A stretch of DNA of 64,000 bases from an uncultured Gemmatimonadales bacterium (GTDB lineage: Bacteria; Gemmatimonadota; Gemmatimonadetes; Gemmatimonadales; GWC2-71-9): the NCBI GenBank assembly GCA_963842945.1, contig CAWJIM010000024.1:192001-256000 (forward strand), given 5' to 3'. Every line of letters begins with the position of its first letter. Position 1 is the stretch's first letter. Below, piece by piece: positions 10,279 to 21,292 of the stretch. The notes below the pieces were generated by a model that worked only from the letters and a program-made list of their open reading frames with translations, ran no database searches and was not told the origin of the DNA. A program made the position numbers and the translations under genes.

Positions 10279-10281
10279 GAT

Positions 10282-11649
10282 TTACCGAGGCCTGCTCCTC
10301 CGCTCCAGCAGCTCATCCGGAACGTAGTCGCCGGGCCCTTCCTCGTGATCGAACTCAGCCGACACGATCGCGTGGCCTCGCTCGCGATCCAGCGTGATCT
10401 CCGCCAGCCTGGGCGATAGCATGGGGAACGTCCGGCCGAAGAGAGCGTAACAGACCAGGAACAGGCCGAGAAAGGTCAGGGTGGCACCCAGCTCGGGTTG
10501 CCCGAAGATCGGCGCGGGAGACGCCGTGACCGAAGGCATGACCAGCAGATAACGCTCCAGCCAGAGCGCGATGAGACTCACCGAGGCAAAGAAGCCCAAG
10601 GTGGCCCGCACCTTCTTGGGCCGGACGCCCAGGAGTCCGAAGAAGGGAATGATGAACACCCCCCAGCCCACAGCCACACCGATCGGCAGCCAGTGGCCCC
10701 AGAGACGGGCGAAGACGAACCCGGTCTCCTCCGGCAGGTTCCCGTACCAGATCACCAGGAACTGCGCCCACATCAGGTAGGTCCAGAATACGCTGAAACC
10801 GAAACAGAGCTTGCCCAGGTCGTGCCGCTGCTTGGGTGACACCAGGTCGGCCACGCCCAGGTGCTTGGCGCCGTAAATCATCAGCAGCGCAAGGAGCATG
10901 TGGGCCCCCAGAAACGCGCCCATGAAGATCCAGCCGCCGAGCAGGTTGGAGAACCAGTGCGGCTGCAGCGCCATGATCCCGTCGAATGCGACCAGGGTCA
11001 ACACGTAGGCGTAAAGCACCGCATAGGTGGGAGCCAGCCGGTAAATCCGGACATCGTGCGCCGCTATTGTGGCCGAGGCCGTATCGTACCCCTTGGCCCA
11101 CCGCTCGTAGCGGAACCGCCGATCCTCGGGCGCCGCGCGCTGCACTGCGTACATGTCGGGCTTCATGTCGGCCCAGACCAGCTTCCAGCCGACGATGGTG
11201 AGCGCAAGCAGGCCGAGCCCCAGCCGGGCGAACATGAAATCGTGGGACAGCCAGACCGCCTTCGAGTGCTGCAGCTCGTGCAGGGCGCCCTGCATCGGGC
11301 CGTAGATCGAGTCGTATCCAGCGGTAAAGATCAGCACCAGCCCGATCAGCGAGACCGGCAGGAAGGCGACCAAGGCCTCGGCGAACCGGATGATCATCCC
11401 GGACCACTTGGCGTTGGTGATCTTCTGCACCGCCGCAAAGGCGACGCCGCCGGCAGACAGTCCGGTGAAGTAGATCCAGTTGACGTGGAACAGATGCCAG
11501 GCTCGATCGGCCATGGCCGGTCCGGCGAGAAGTGCGCGGACGAACAGAATCAGCCCCAGGATGGCGAACCCGGCACCAATGGCCAGAAACATGTCGTATC
11601 TGCCGGCCACGGAGCGCTCGGCCAGACGTTCGTGCAGGGTCGGAGTCAT
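10282..11649 (-). CDS. actF: alternative complex III subunit ActF
   Basis: Polytopic membrane protein; HDLGKL.FGFSVFWTYL.WAQFLVIWYGNLPEE motif; operon position. Confidence 0.85.
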   Translation of the reverse strand: MTPTLHERLAERSVAGRYDMFLAIGAGFAILGLILFVRALLAGPAMADRAWHLFHVNWIYFTGLSAGGVAFAAVQKITNAKWSGMIIRFAEALVAFLPVSLIGLVLIFTAGYDSIYGPMQGALHELQHSKAVWLSHDFMFARLGLGLLALTIVGWKLVWADMKPDMYAVQRAAPEDRRFRYERWAKGYDTASATIAAHDVRIYRLAPTYAVLYAYVLTLVAFDGIMALQPHWFSNLLGGWIFMGAFLGAHMLLALLMIYGAKHLGVADLVSPKQRHDLGKLCFGFSVFWTYLMWAQFLVIWYGNLPEETGFVFARLWGHWLPIGVAVGWGVFIIPFFGLLGVRPKKVRATLGFFASVSLIALWLERYLLVMPSVTASPAPIFGQPELGATLTFLGLFLVCYALFGRTFPMLSPRLAEITLDRERGHAIVSAEFDHEEGPGDYVPDELLERRSRPR

Positions 11650-12327
11650 GGCGCGGTTCCGGTTGATCCCGTGGCGCTGGGGCCAGGCGGAACCGGGGTG
11701 GCCGCGCCAGGAGCGGCCGGCGGGGCGGGCGACTGGCGCTGCAGCTTCCGCACGTGATTCACGATGGCCCACCGTTCCACCGGCGCGTACACCTTGTCCC
11801 CGTATCGGGGCATGACGCCTCGGCCATAGCGAATGATGCTGTAGATGTACCCATCGGTATATGCTCGTGCCCGTGCCGTGAGCAGCGAGGGAGCCCCGAT
11901 CTGGCTGGAAACCGTCCCATCGGCATTGCCGGTGGGACCATGACAGACGCTGCAGAAGTTTTGATAGAGGGTGTCACCCGCCGCCTCGACTTCCCGGGGG
12001 ATCACCGTCGCCCGAGGACCCGGTGGGCTCGGCTTGACCGCCGGTAGAAAACGGATTCCGGAGCGCGTTGGCGGTAGCGGGGTTTCCCGCCACCCATTCC
12101 GCCGACCAGTCGAGCTCACCCCCACTCACCGGCACCGTGCCCTCGGGCGTGTTCCTCGGCACGTTCTGCGTCTCATAGGGACGGATGTACCGGGCGTGGA
12201 TCATGTGGTCGAACCAGGGAATGATGTGCCAGAGATCGTCCGGAGATGGAATGCGGTAGTAGTAGTAATCACAGGCGCCGCACATCAGCGTCAGCAGGGT
12301 CAGCGCCAGGATTTCAAGCCGCTTCAT
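11646..12327 (-). CDS. actE: alternative complex III monoheme cytochrome c lipoprotein ActE (frameshift)
   Basis: Lipobox-like CGAC, PEGTVP, CSVCH, GRGVMP, RWAIVNHVRKLQ. Confidence 0.8.
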
Positions 12328-12841
12328 GACGAACCTCGACGGCACCGGCGGACCGGAGCAGGTTCTCCGCCCGGCCTATGTCATCGGAGCCGGCAGGGAC
12401 GAAGATCCCGATCTGGTCGTCGCTGAAGCGGGGATCGTAGGCCACCCCTCGCTTGCCCAGGAGCACTGAAAAGAGTCCCACGGCCGCTACGGTGCTCAGC
12501 GCCCCCAAAAGGATGGTGAGCTCGAAGGCAATCACGACGTAGGGCGGGATCGAGGCGATCGGCTTTCCGCCCACCAGTACCGGCCAGTCATACGACATCC
12601 AGATCGTCATCCCGAATCCGGCGGCACAGCCGGTGAGTCCCCCGATCAACGTGAACAGCCGCACCGGGCTCACCCGGTGATTCAGCGCCTCCTCCAGCTC
12701 GTGATTCGGGGACGGGCTGTACACGACGAGGTTCCGGTAGCCCATGGCCCGCAGCCCTCGGATGGCGTCCACCGCAGCATCGATGTGGATGAAGGAGGCC
12801 AGGAGCCCGGGCATGCGCTTGGCGCGCTTGAGCAGACCCAT
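12314..12841 (-). CDS. actD: alternative complex III subunit ActD (DUF3341)
   Basis: VYSPSP, DWPVLVGGKP, FELTILL, YDPRFSDD. Confidence 0.85.
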   Translation of the reverse strand: MGLLKRAKRMPGLLASFIHIDAAVDAIRGLRAMGYRNLVVYSPSPNHELEEALNHRVSPVRLFTLIGGLTGCAAGFGMTIWMSYDWPVLVGGKPIASIPPYVVIAFELTILLGALSTVAAVGLFSVLLGKRGVAYDPRFSDDQIGIFVPAGSDDIGRAENLLRSAGAVEVRHEAA

Positions 12842-14205
12842 CAGTGGTGGCTCCCGCGGAGCCGCGGCATGGGGATCATTTCCTTGATCTCCTGGATAGC
12901 CACGATGGGAAACCCCTTGGCGAACAGCATGAACCACATCCCGAACCAGCCGAAGGAGCCGGCCAGAATGCCCCAGTCGGCCCAGGTGGGATTCAGGATG
13001 CCCCAGGCCCAGGGCACGTAGTCGTTGCTCAGCGACGAGACGATGATCACGTAGCGCTCGAACCACATCCCGATGTTGATGAAGATGGAGATGACGAACA
13101 GGGCGGTGATGTTGGTCCGGATCTTTCTGAACCAGAGCAGCTGGGACACGAACGCATTGCAGATGATCATGGTCCAGCCGGCCCACCACATGGGCCCGAA
13201 TGCTCGCCGGAAAAAGGTGGTCTGCTCGAAGGGGTTTCCACTGTACCAGGCGATGAAATACTCCATGCCATAGGCGTAGAGCAGGATCGATCCGGTCAGC
13301 AGCGTCAGCTTGGCCAGGTTGTCAAAATGGTACTCGGTGATCATGTGCTCGATCCTGAGTGCCCGCCGAAGCGGAATGATCAGGGTGAGCACCATGCCGA
13401 TGCCGGAGTAGATGGCCCCGGCCACGAAGTAGGGGGCGAAGATGGTGCCGTGCCAGCCGGGCACGATGCCGACGGCGAAGTCCCACGACACCACCGAATG
13501 CACCGACAGCACCAGCGGAGTCGCCAGAGCGGCCAGGTACAGATAGGCCCGGGAGTAGTGACGCCACTGATTGTCGGTGCCGCGCCAGCCGGCTGCGGTC
13601 AAGGTATAAACCGTCTTGCGCCAGCCGGACACCTTGTCGCGCACGGCGGCGATATCGGGGAGCAGACCAAACACCAGGAACGTGGTCGAGACCGTGAGGT
13701 AGGTCGAGATCGCGAACACGTCCCAGATCAGCGGCGACTTGAAGTTGGGCCAGAGGAAGCGCTGGTTCGGGTACGGCAGGAGCCAGTAGAAGATCCACTG
13801 CCGGCCGATGTGAATGATGGGAAACAGGCCCGCGGTCATGACGGCAAACACCGTCATGGCCTCGGTCGAGCGATACACCGCGGTGCGCCAGGGCGAGCGG
13901 AACAGAAAGAGAATGGCCGAAATCAGGGTGCCGGCGTGCCCGATACCCACCCAGAACACGAAGGTGGTGATGTACACGCTCCAGAAGATCGGCGGATTGT
14001 ATCCGGCGTGCCCCAGACCATCCTTGATCAGCATCAGGAAGGTCAGGATGCCGATCAGAAAGAGGGACACCGCCCCCAACAGGAGAAGCACGTACCCTCG
14101 GCTGGCCGGCCCGAGGGTGGCGACCACATCGCGGGTGACATCCGCGTGCGTTCCCGTCGGATGGCCTTCCGGGACGACTCGGGGAGCGGAAGTAGCGACA
14201 GCCAT
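12841..14205 (-). CDS. actC: alternative complex III subunit ActC (NrfD family)
   Basis: FVFWVGIGHAGTLISAIL, SPLIWDVFAISTY, LVLSVHSVVSWDFA. Confidence 0.92.
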   Translation of the reverse strand: MAVATSAPRVVPEGHPTGTHADVTRDVVATLGPASRGYVLLLLGAVSLFLIGILTFLMLIKDGLGHAGYNPPIFWSVYITTFVFWVGIGHAGTLISAILFLFRSPWRTAVYRSTEAMTVFAVMTAGLFPIIHIGRQWIFYWLLPYPNQRFLWPNFKSPLIWDVFAISTYLTVSTTFLVFGLLPDIAAVRDKVSGWRKTVYTLTAAGWRGTDNQWRHYSRAYLYLAALATPLVLSVHSVVSWDFAVGIVPGWHGTIFAPYFVAGAIYSGIGMVLTLIIPLRRALRIEHMITEYHFDNLAKLTLLTGSILLYAYGMEYFIAWYSGNPFEQTTFFRRAFGPMWWAGWTMIICNAFVSQLLWFRKIRTNITALFVISIFINIGMWFERYVIIVSSLSNDYVPWAWGILNPTWADWGILAGSFGWFGMWFMLFAKGFPIVAIQEIKEMIPMPRLRGSHH

Positions 14206-14208
14206 GAT

Positions 14209-17200
14209 CTACGCCTCGTCCGGCAGGGTGACTTTGGCCAGGTAGGTGATTGCCGAACGGGTGTTGAGGTCGTCGAGCACGCGATACCCTCGATTATCCT
14301 GGCGCAGGCGAGCCACCCTGCTGGCGGAGTCGGTGAGATTTCCGAAGACGATGGCATCGGATGGGCAGGCCTGGGCGCAGGCGGTGGTGAATTCGCCGTC
14401 GCGGAGCGGCCGATTTTCCAGCCGGGCGTCGTTCTGGGCTCCCCGGATCCGCTGAATGCAGAAGGTGCACTTCTCCATGACCCCGCGGGCTCGCACGGTG
14501 ACGTCGGGGTTCAGTTGGAGATGCAGTGGGGCCGGCCAGGCCGACTCGTTGTACTTGTACCAGTTGAAGTACCGCACCTTGTAGGGACAGTTGTTGGCGC
14601 AGTACCGGGTGCCCACACAGCGGTTGTAGACCTGACCGTTCAAGCCGTCGGCCGTGTGATACGCGGCATAGACCGGGCAGACCGGCTCGCAGGGCGCGTT
14701 GGTGCAGTGCTGACAGAGCATCGGAACAAATCGCGCGGTGGCCCCGGCACCGGGCGCCTTGTCCTCCTCCCAGTAGCGCTCGATCCGGATCCAGGTCATC
14801 TCCCGGCCCTTGTAGATCTCGCTCTCGCCCACGGTCGGAATGTTGTTCTCCGCGTAGCACGCGGTGACGCAGGCCTGGCAGCCGGTGCACTTGGCCAGAT
14901 CGATGGCCATGCCCCAGCGAGGATTGGCGGCTGCGTAGTCCCCATGTTGCGTCGCCTCAGCCTGCTCCTGGCTCCATCCCTTGACCGCTTCGAGCTCCTG
15001 CTCGGTGTTGACCTCGTGCTTGCCTCGACCCTCGGCGATGTAGGCCTGCTCGATGGTGAGTCCCTTCCGCGCGGCGTCGAGGGAAATGCTCTCCGCAATG
15101 CCCCTGCCCAGCTGGCGCGGGGTTCCCTCGATGGTGGCGAGCCGCTTATAGTGGCCGGTCTTGGCGACCCCAACGCGGGTCGAGACGTAGGGCAGAAATG
15201 GTCCGGCCGGCGCGCCCAGCAAATCGAGCGCATTCACCCCGCGACCCTGAGCAAACTGTCCGTATTCGGTATGCCCGAAGCCGAGCGGCATGGCGACGAC
15301 GTTGGGATGGACACCGGCATAGATGTATGCCGGAGCCTCGATGGTGCCATGGGGCGAGGTGAGCCGCAGGACCTCTCCGTCCCGCACGTCCAGCCGCTGC
15401 GCGAGATCAGGATGGATCTCGACCCAGGAATGCCAGGTGATCTTGGTGACCGGGTCGGCATTTTCCAGTAGCCACGGCTTGTTGGCGCCGCGGCCGTCGT
15501 ACAGCATCCCGTGAGGATAGGCGACGAAGATCAGCTCGCCGTTTCCTTCAAAGCTGGGGCGGGTGTACTTGATCTGGCTGGCTCCCGAGGCGAGCGAGGC
15601 CGCTGGCGGCTTGGCTGGTGCCGGAGCAAAGAAACCGCCGCGCTGCAGTGCACCGTGCCAGAAGCCGGCGAGGTCTCGCTCGCCGTGCTCAGTGGCGAGC
15701 GCCTGCCAACGCGACTGCAGATGTGCCTCGTAGGACGCCGCGGTGAAGCGGGCCAGCGCTCCGCCCGCCTTCTTCGCGGTCCGGAGCAGAACGTCACCGG
15801 CCGGCAAAGTGTCGAAGACCGGCTGCATGACCGGCTGCATCAGGTTGTACACACCGGTCCGGGGGCGGAGGTCGTCCCACCGCTCCAGCGCATGGTGCTG
15901 TGGCAGGATCAGGTCACAGAGGGCGCTGGTCTCATCCAGGTACATCGAGGTGGAGACCTTGTAGCCACCTTCTGGAAGCGGGCAGCGAAGCGGGAGGCCT
16001 TGGGCAGGGCGTAGGCCGGATTGGCATCGTGAATCAGGGCGACCTTCACCTGGCCCGCGTCCATCGAGGTCAGCACGGCCTCCAGCGCAGCGTAGCCGTC
16101 GGCGCTGTCCACGTCGGTTCCAAAGCTGACGGTCTGGCCGACGTTGCCGGCGACGTAGTTGAGCAGGTTGACCGCCGCGCAGAGCTCGGTCGCTCCGCTG
16201 TGCTGGGTCCCGATTCCCCCTGCAACCGCGAGGCTCGGACGCTGCGCGGCGAATTCCCGGGCCAGGCGCTCGATGGTGGCGGCGGGAATTCCGGTTTCCT
16301 TCGCCGCCATCTCCGGGGTAAAGGCCGCCAGCGATGACCTGAGCTCCGCACTGCCCCGTTCGCCGGAGACCACGTTGGCCATGGCTAGACGCGAGCGCTG
16401 TCTCAGAGCCCGGTTGAACCGGGTACCACTCGTCGGCGTTGAGGCCGGTCAGATCCCGCCGGGGGGCCAGATACACGAACTTCGCCACCCCTGCCCCGCT
16501 GAACCCATGGGACTGGGCAAACCCGCGCTGGTGCTCGATGGCGCCGGGCCACGACTCCAGGAAGTCGGCGCCGAAGGAAACGATGTGCTTGGCCTTGGCG
16601 AAGTCATACGAGGCGAGCTGGTTCAGTCCGAAGACCTGGCGATTGGCCGCCCGCATTGCCTCGGCGGCGAACGGCTGGTAGCGAACCACCCGCCCCCCCA
16701 GGGCCCCGATCCAGTCGCCGAGAAGATCGGAGAAGGTCCCCCGCCCCGCGCCCGAGACGGCAACGATCTGCCCACCGCCGGCGGTCAGCTTGCCGGCAAG
16801 GCGGCCGATGGCATCGTCCCAGGTGATCTCCTGGAACTTCCCGTCGGCACCGCGGGCCATGGGGCCCTTGAGCCGTCCCGGGTTGTAGAGCCCCTGGAGC
16901 GCGGCCTGACCCCGGGAGCACAGCTTGCCCTGGTTGATCGGGATGCTCTGGATTGCCTTCCAGCTTGACGGCCCGCCCCTCACGGGTCCGCACGTGCAGG
17001 CCGCAGCCCGAAGCGCATTCGGTGCAGCTGCTGGCGTACTAGGTGGCCACGCCGGGCACCTGGTCTTCGGACTGGACCAGGTAGGGAATCAGCTTCTCGA
17101 CCCGCTCGGTGGAGCAGCCGGCGAGCGCCACCGCTCCCGCCGCCCGAAGCACCGAGTACGGTCAGGAACCGCCTGCGATCTAACGCGGGTGGCTCAGTCG

Positions 17201-17258
17201 CGAGTCGCGAGTCGCGAGTCGCGGGACTGGAGTTGTTGCCTTCTTTTTCGTGACTCAT
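14209..17258 (-). CDS. actB: alternative complex III subunit ActB (molybdopterin-oxidoreductase-like plus 4Fe-4S), several frameshifts and one in-frame TAG
   Basis: Tat motif DRRRFL, KLEGNPEHP, CTGCQACVTAC, CQHCTNAPCEPVCP, CVGTRYCANNCP, MEKCTFC. Confidence 0.85.
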
Positions 17259-17280
17259 GACTCGTGACTCGCGACTAGTA
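17196..17280. repeat. inverted GACTCGC heptamer tandem repeats
   Basis: (GAGTCGC)n 17196-17225 and (GACTC(G/A)(T/C))n 17249-17278. Confidence 0.75.
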
Positions 17281-17874
17281 GTGACATACCGAGCAGTCCC
17301 GCGACACCTTCCGCTCCGTATGGCAGGTAATGCAGAACCCCATCCGATCCACGTTGTTCACCTTGAAGACCTGCGGCATCCGCTGCACTTCGCCATGGCA
17401 GGTGCCGCAGGCGTTGGGTCCCAGCGCTTTGATGTGGCGCTGGTGCGGAAAGTGGGCGTGACGGGGCAGGTAATGGATGCGGACCCACTCGATCGGCTTC
17501 TTCTCGGTCCAGGCCTGGCGCACCTTCTTGATCTCCGCCTGGTGCGAGCTGTCACGGCCGCCGATCACCAGATGGCAGCCCATGCAGGTCTGGACCGAGG
17601 GAATCCCCGGTTCGGGCGATACCGTGACGGAGTAGTGGCAGTACTGGCACTGGATCTTGTACTGCCCGGCATGGATGTCGTGACGAAAGAAGATCGGCTG
17701 GCGGGGGCCTTGCAGACTTCCTGTATCGCCGGCGGCGAGAGTCGGTGCGAAGGTGGAATCCGCTTTGGATGGGGCCTGCTGGGCGCGGGGACCGGCACCG
17801 CCGAACGTGAGGAGAGCAGCCAAGCCTCCGGCTGCAACGCCACCGACGACGAAAGCCAGCTTACGCATCATCAT
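17275..17874 (-). CDS. actA: alternative complex III pentaheme cytochrome c ActA
   Basis: Five CxxCH motifs (CQYCH, CMGCH, CGTCH, CITCH, CSVCH); QPIFFRHDIHAG. Confidence 0.88.
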   Translation of the reverse strand: MMMRKLAFVVGGVAAGGLAALLTFGGAGPRAQQAPSKADSTFAPTLAAGDTGSLQGPRQPIFFRHDIHAGQYKIQCQYCHYSVTVSPEPGIPSVQTCMGCHLVIGGRDSSHQAEIKKVRQAWTEKKPIEWVRIHYLPRHAHFPHQRHIKALGPNACGTCHGEVQRMPQVFKVNNVDRMGFCITCHTERKVSRDCSVCHY

Positions 17875-17977
17875 CTCACTGCTGAAGAAGACCTGGGCCC
17901 CGCCTCGGGCAAATGCGCGCCGAAGTATAGTGCGGCCATTTCATTGCACAACCCGAGCGGCACGTAATCCGACTGAT

Positions 17978-18496
17978 TCAGTCGGCTTCTGCCGCTTCTC
18001 CTCCTCGTCCGCCATGTAGTCGCGGAGCCCGCCGAGGCGCGGGCCGCTCGGCCAGCCACTCCACTTTTCGGCGGGCCAGATTGAGAAAGGCATCGATCGA
18101 ACGCCGGTCGCTCAGGCCCAGCCAGCACCACTTCACCGGGCCGGTGCGCTGTCCCTCCACCAGCGCCCGCGCGATGACCCCCGCCACCTTCGCTCCCTTG
18201 GTCAGCCGGCTCTCGTCGCTATCGGAAAGGGTGAAGGTGACGTCCAAGCTGTTCCTCATCAGATGAAGCCAGCACACCTTGCGATTTCCCACTCCGTATT
18301 CCCAGGCCCAATGCCAGGTCGGTCCCATGAAGCGAACCTGTTCGCCTACTCCCGGAAGCTTGAGCAGACCCTCGCGGACCACGCGAAAGCGCTCCGCCAG
18401 CGGCGGAGCGAGATCGGTCAGCGGGGCCGCGGGATCGGGCTCCACATCTTCGGAGAGATACAGGTTGGACTTCCAGTAGGCGCTCGAGCGACCCAT
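17978..18496 (-). CDS. hypothetical protein (DUF3788-like)
   Basis: Coupled to the upstream gene; W.WEY..G.RKVCW motif. Confidence 0.5.
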   Translation of the reverse strand: MGRSSAYWKSNLYLSEDVEPDPAAPLTDLAPPLAERFRVVREGLLKLPGVGEQVRFMGPTWHWAWEYGVGNRKVCWLHLMRNSLDVTFTLSDSDESRLTKGAKVAGVIARALVEGQRTGPVKWCWLGLSDRRSIDAFLNLARRKVEWLAERPAPRRAPRLHGGRGGEAAEAD

Positions 18497-19242
18497 CAGG
18501 ATTCTCCTGAGTGTACCCGGTCCAGGAACCGCACGACTTCGATCCCCATAGCCCGGAGCAGTGAAGCTTCACGGCCATCGACCTCCGCCCGGAACACGAT
18601 CTCGCGAAAGGATCGCATCACGTTGTCCGGTTGTCTCGTCTTGAAAAAGTCGATAGCCCACAACGCGCGGGTCCAGTCGGCGAAGAGCTCCTCCAGCTGG
18701 TCCGAGGTTGCGGGCGCGGCCCGATTGCGCGGCGGCTTGATCGGCAGGCTCTCGCCCCCACGTGCGTTCCATGTCTCATAGGCCATGATCGCCACCGCCT
18801 GGGCCAGATTGAGCGAACGGTGCCCCGGATCAGTCGAGATGGTGACCAGCGCGTGACACAGGTCCAGCTCGGCGTTGGTGAGGCCGCTGTCCTCCCGCCC
18901 GGCGATCATTGCCACGGGTCCGCTGGCAGCCGCGTCGACCAGAGCCGTGGCGGCTTCGCGGGGCCGAAGCACCCGCCGCTTGGCTGCGCGCTCGCGCGCG
19001 GTCAACACCGCGGTGAAAACGCAATCCTCGAGGGCCTGCTCCAGCGAGTCGACGATCTCGATCCGGGCAACCAGGTCTGCAGTGTTGTGGGCAATGCCTT
19101 CGATACGGTAGGGGTCGAAGACCTCAGGGTTCACCAGCCTCATGCGGTCGATCCCGAAGTTCTTGGCGATCCGCACCGCGCTGGCGATGTTCACGATGTC
19201 CTGCGGGTTGACCAGAACGAGGATCGGCGGCGAAACGCTCAT
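18496..19242 (-). CDS. SPOUT RNA methyltransferase, TrmJ/LasT family
   Basis: LVNPQDIVNIASAVR.AKNFG, GREDSGLTNAEL, SLNLAQAV. Confidence 0.85.
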   Translation of the reverse strand: MSVSPPILVLVNPQDIVNIASAVRIAKNFGIDRMRLVNPEVFDPYRIEGIAHNTADLVARIEIVDSLEQALEDCVFTAVLTARERAAKRRVLRPREAATALVDAAASGPVAMIAGREDSGLTNAELDLCHALVTISTDPGHRSLNLAQAVAIMAYETWNARGGESLPIKPPRNRAAPATSDQLEELFADWTRALWAIDFFKTRQPDNVMRSFREIVFRAEVDGREASLLRAMGIEVVRFLDRVHSGES

Positions 19243-20757
19243 TCTCCCAGAAACGATACGTCGTACCGCTTGGCCTTCAGCGCAGCGAGAATACCCTGCT
19301 TCTCGACCGACTTCATGTACGCTTCCTTCGGTTCCACCAGCTTGGCGTCGACCAGTTCCATCAGCGCGTCGTTCAACGTCACCATCCCACCCTTCCGGTT
19401 GGTCTGCATGATGGAGGGGATCTGGAAGGTCTTGCCCTCGCGGATCAGGTTGGAGACCGCCGGAATGGAGAGCAGAACCTCCCTCGCGGCTACCCGGCCG
19501 CCTCCGATTTTCTTGCACAGGGTCTGGGCGATGACCCCCCGGAGGGATTCGGACAGCATCACCCGCACCTGCGACTGCCGGTCGGGGGGAAACTGGTCGA
19601 TGATCCGGTCGATGGTGGAGGATGCGGTGGTGGTGTGGAGCGTGCCGAAGACGAGGTGCCCGGTTTCCGCGGTCTCGATTGCGATGGAGACGGTTTCCAG
19701 GTCCCGCATCTCGCCGACCAGAATGATGTCGGGATCCTCTCGCAGAGCCGCCCGGAGTGCATGCTTGAAAGACCGGGTATGCACGCCAACCTGGCGCTGC
19801 GTCACCAGGCATTTTTTGCTGGGATGAACGAACTCGATGGGATCCTCGATAGTGATGATGTGGTCCGTGCGAGTTCGATTGATCAGATCCACCAGGCCCG
19901 CGAGAGTGGTGCTCTTGCCCGAGCCGGTTGGTCCGGTCACCACCACCAGCCCCTTGGTGAGATAGCAAAGGTTCTGTACCTCCTGGCTCAGGCCCATCTC
20001 CTCTGCGGTGCGGATCTGGTTGGGGATGACCCGGAACACCCCTATAGCGCCGTAGCGGTCACGACCCGCGTTGCAGCGGAAGCGCGCCAGGCCGTCAATC
20101 TCGTACGCCCAGTCGGTGTCGCTGCCCTCGCGGAACTCCCCGATCTCCTTGGCCGTCATAATGCTGACGAGCATGGTCTCGAGCCGCTCGGCTGAAAGCG
20201 GTGGCTGGTCCTGCCGGGCTCAGCTCGCCGTGGACCCGCAGCATGGGCGGCTCGTTGCTCCGCAAATGAAGGTCGGAGGCGCCCGACTGGACCAGGGCGC
20301 GGAACAGGACGTCCATGGCCGCACGATGTTCCGACAAATCCTGGGTCGAGCGAGCGGCTGGTGAAGGTGTTGAGGAAGACGGTGAGAAGGGAGCCGAGGT
20401 CGGCGGTGCGGCAGCGGGAGGAGCGGAGCCGGCGGCCGGCGAGGCGGCTCCGGGTTGGGCTGATGCCGGCCGCAGCACCGCGAGGCCATTGGCACCGGCC
20501 TTGAGCTCCACCCGCACCTCACCGTACGGAGATCGATAGGCAAATGCCACCGGGTCGGCGGTGCCCAGCTGGGACGCCGCCTCCGGTGAGGCGATTTCCC
20601 GCACCAGGCCCTGGATCTGGGCATCACTCAGCGGCTCGCGGGTGATGGGGCGAAGCGATCCATTATACATGAGTGACGCTGGCTTGCCGACGGCGAGCTG
20701 GAGCGCTTCGGCCCGCTGCTCCTGCATCACCTGAATCAGTCTGTCGAGTCGTGCCAC
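19239..20757 (-). CDS. pilT: type IV pilus retraction ATPase PilT with N-terminal extension (frameshift near 20215)
   Basis: ASDLHL, GPTGSGKSTT, TIEDPIE, ALREDPD..LVGEMRD, TGHLVFGTLHT. Confidence 0.88.
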
Positions 20758-20766
20758 GGTTGCATC

Positions 20767-21228
20767 TCAGTCGAGTGGGCGGATCAGGCGTACCTGGGAC
20801 TTGTTGATGTATTGCATGATCCCGTCAGTGGCCAAGGTAAAGAACCGGCCCGGCGCATTGACGTAATCGAGAGCCCGGGCCCGGTTGGGTGGAAGCTCGA
20901 ACGAGCTGCGGCCCCGGTACTCCACTCCGTCGGTCAGCTCGACCGACAGCATGACCAGTTTGGCGGCGGACGCGCGATCAGGATCATCGCGCGGCTCCAG
21001 GTTCTGGCAGGACACCACCGTCACCTGGGCTTTGGAGACGAAGGCGACCCCGCCCACGCTCAAGGTCAGGGCAAAGAAAGGGTCGTCGCGATTCAGCATT
21101 TCCAGCGGGCTTTCGCTGTCAGACGGGTAGGTGGCCCGGGCCAGCAGGTGCAGCTCCCCCGCCAGCACGACACCCTCGGCAAGCCCCACCCGGGCGGCAA
21201 CCCGCTGTGTGGCGCCCCAATCGCTCAT
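20767..21228 (-). CDS. hypothetical protein
   Basis: Compact ORF co-oriented with pilT; two similar halves (..LN..DPFFAL / ..VNAPGRFFTL). Confidence 0.55.
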   Translation of the reverse strand: MSDWGATQRVAARVGLAEGVVLAGELHLLARATYPSDSESPLEMLNRDDPFFALTLSVGGVAFVSKAQVTVVSCQNLEPRDDPDRASAAKLVMLSVELTDGVEYRGRSSFELPPNRARALDYVNAPGRFFTLATDGIMQYINKSQVRLIRPLD

Positions 21229-21292
21229 TGGATTGTTCGGTGCATGGCGCCGGAAACTGAACGGACCGGCCTAGCGCGGGCAAGTGCCGGCG

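Noticed and set aside
12844..15471. Long antisense ORFs (also 26231..27835, 34282..35616, 61842..63446)
   Set aside because: Shadow frames of real genes in GC-rich DNA, with no recognisable motifs.
17039..17041. In-frame TAG in actB as recoding (pyrrolysine or alternative code)
   Set aside because: It falls where TGG (W in VATWYAS) is expected, and TAG is a normal stop for many genes here; probably a substitution error.
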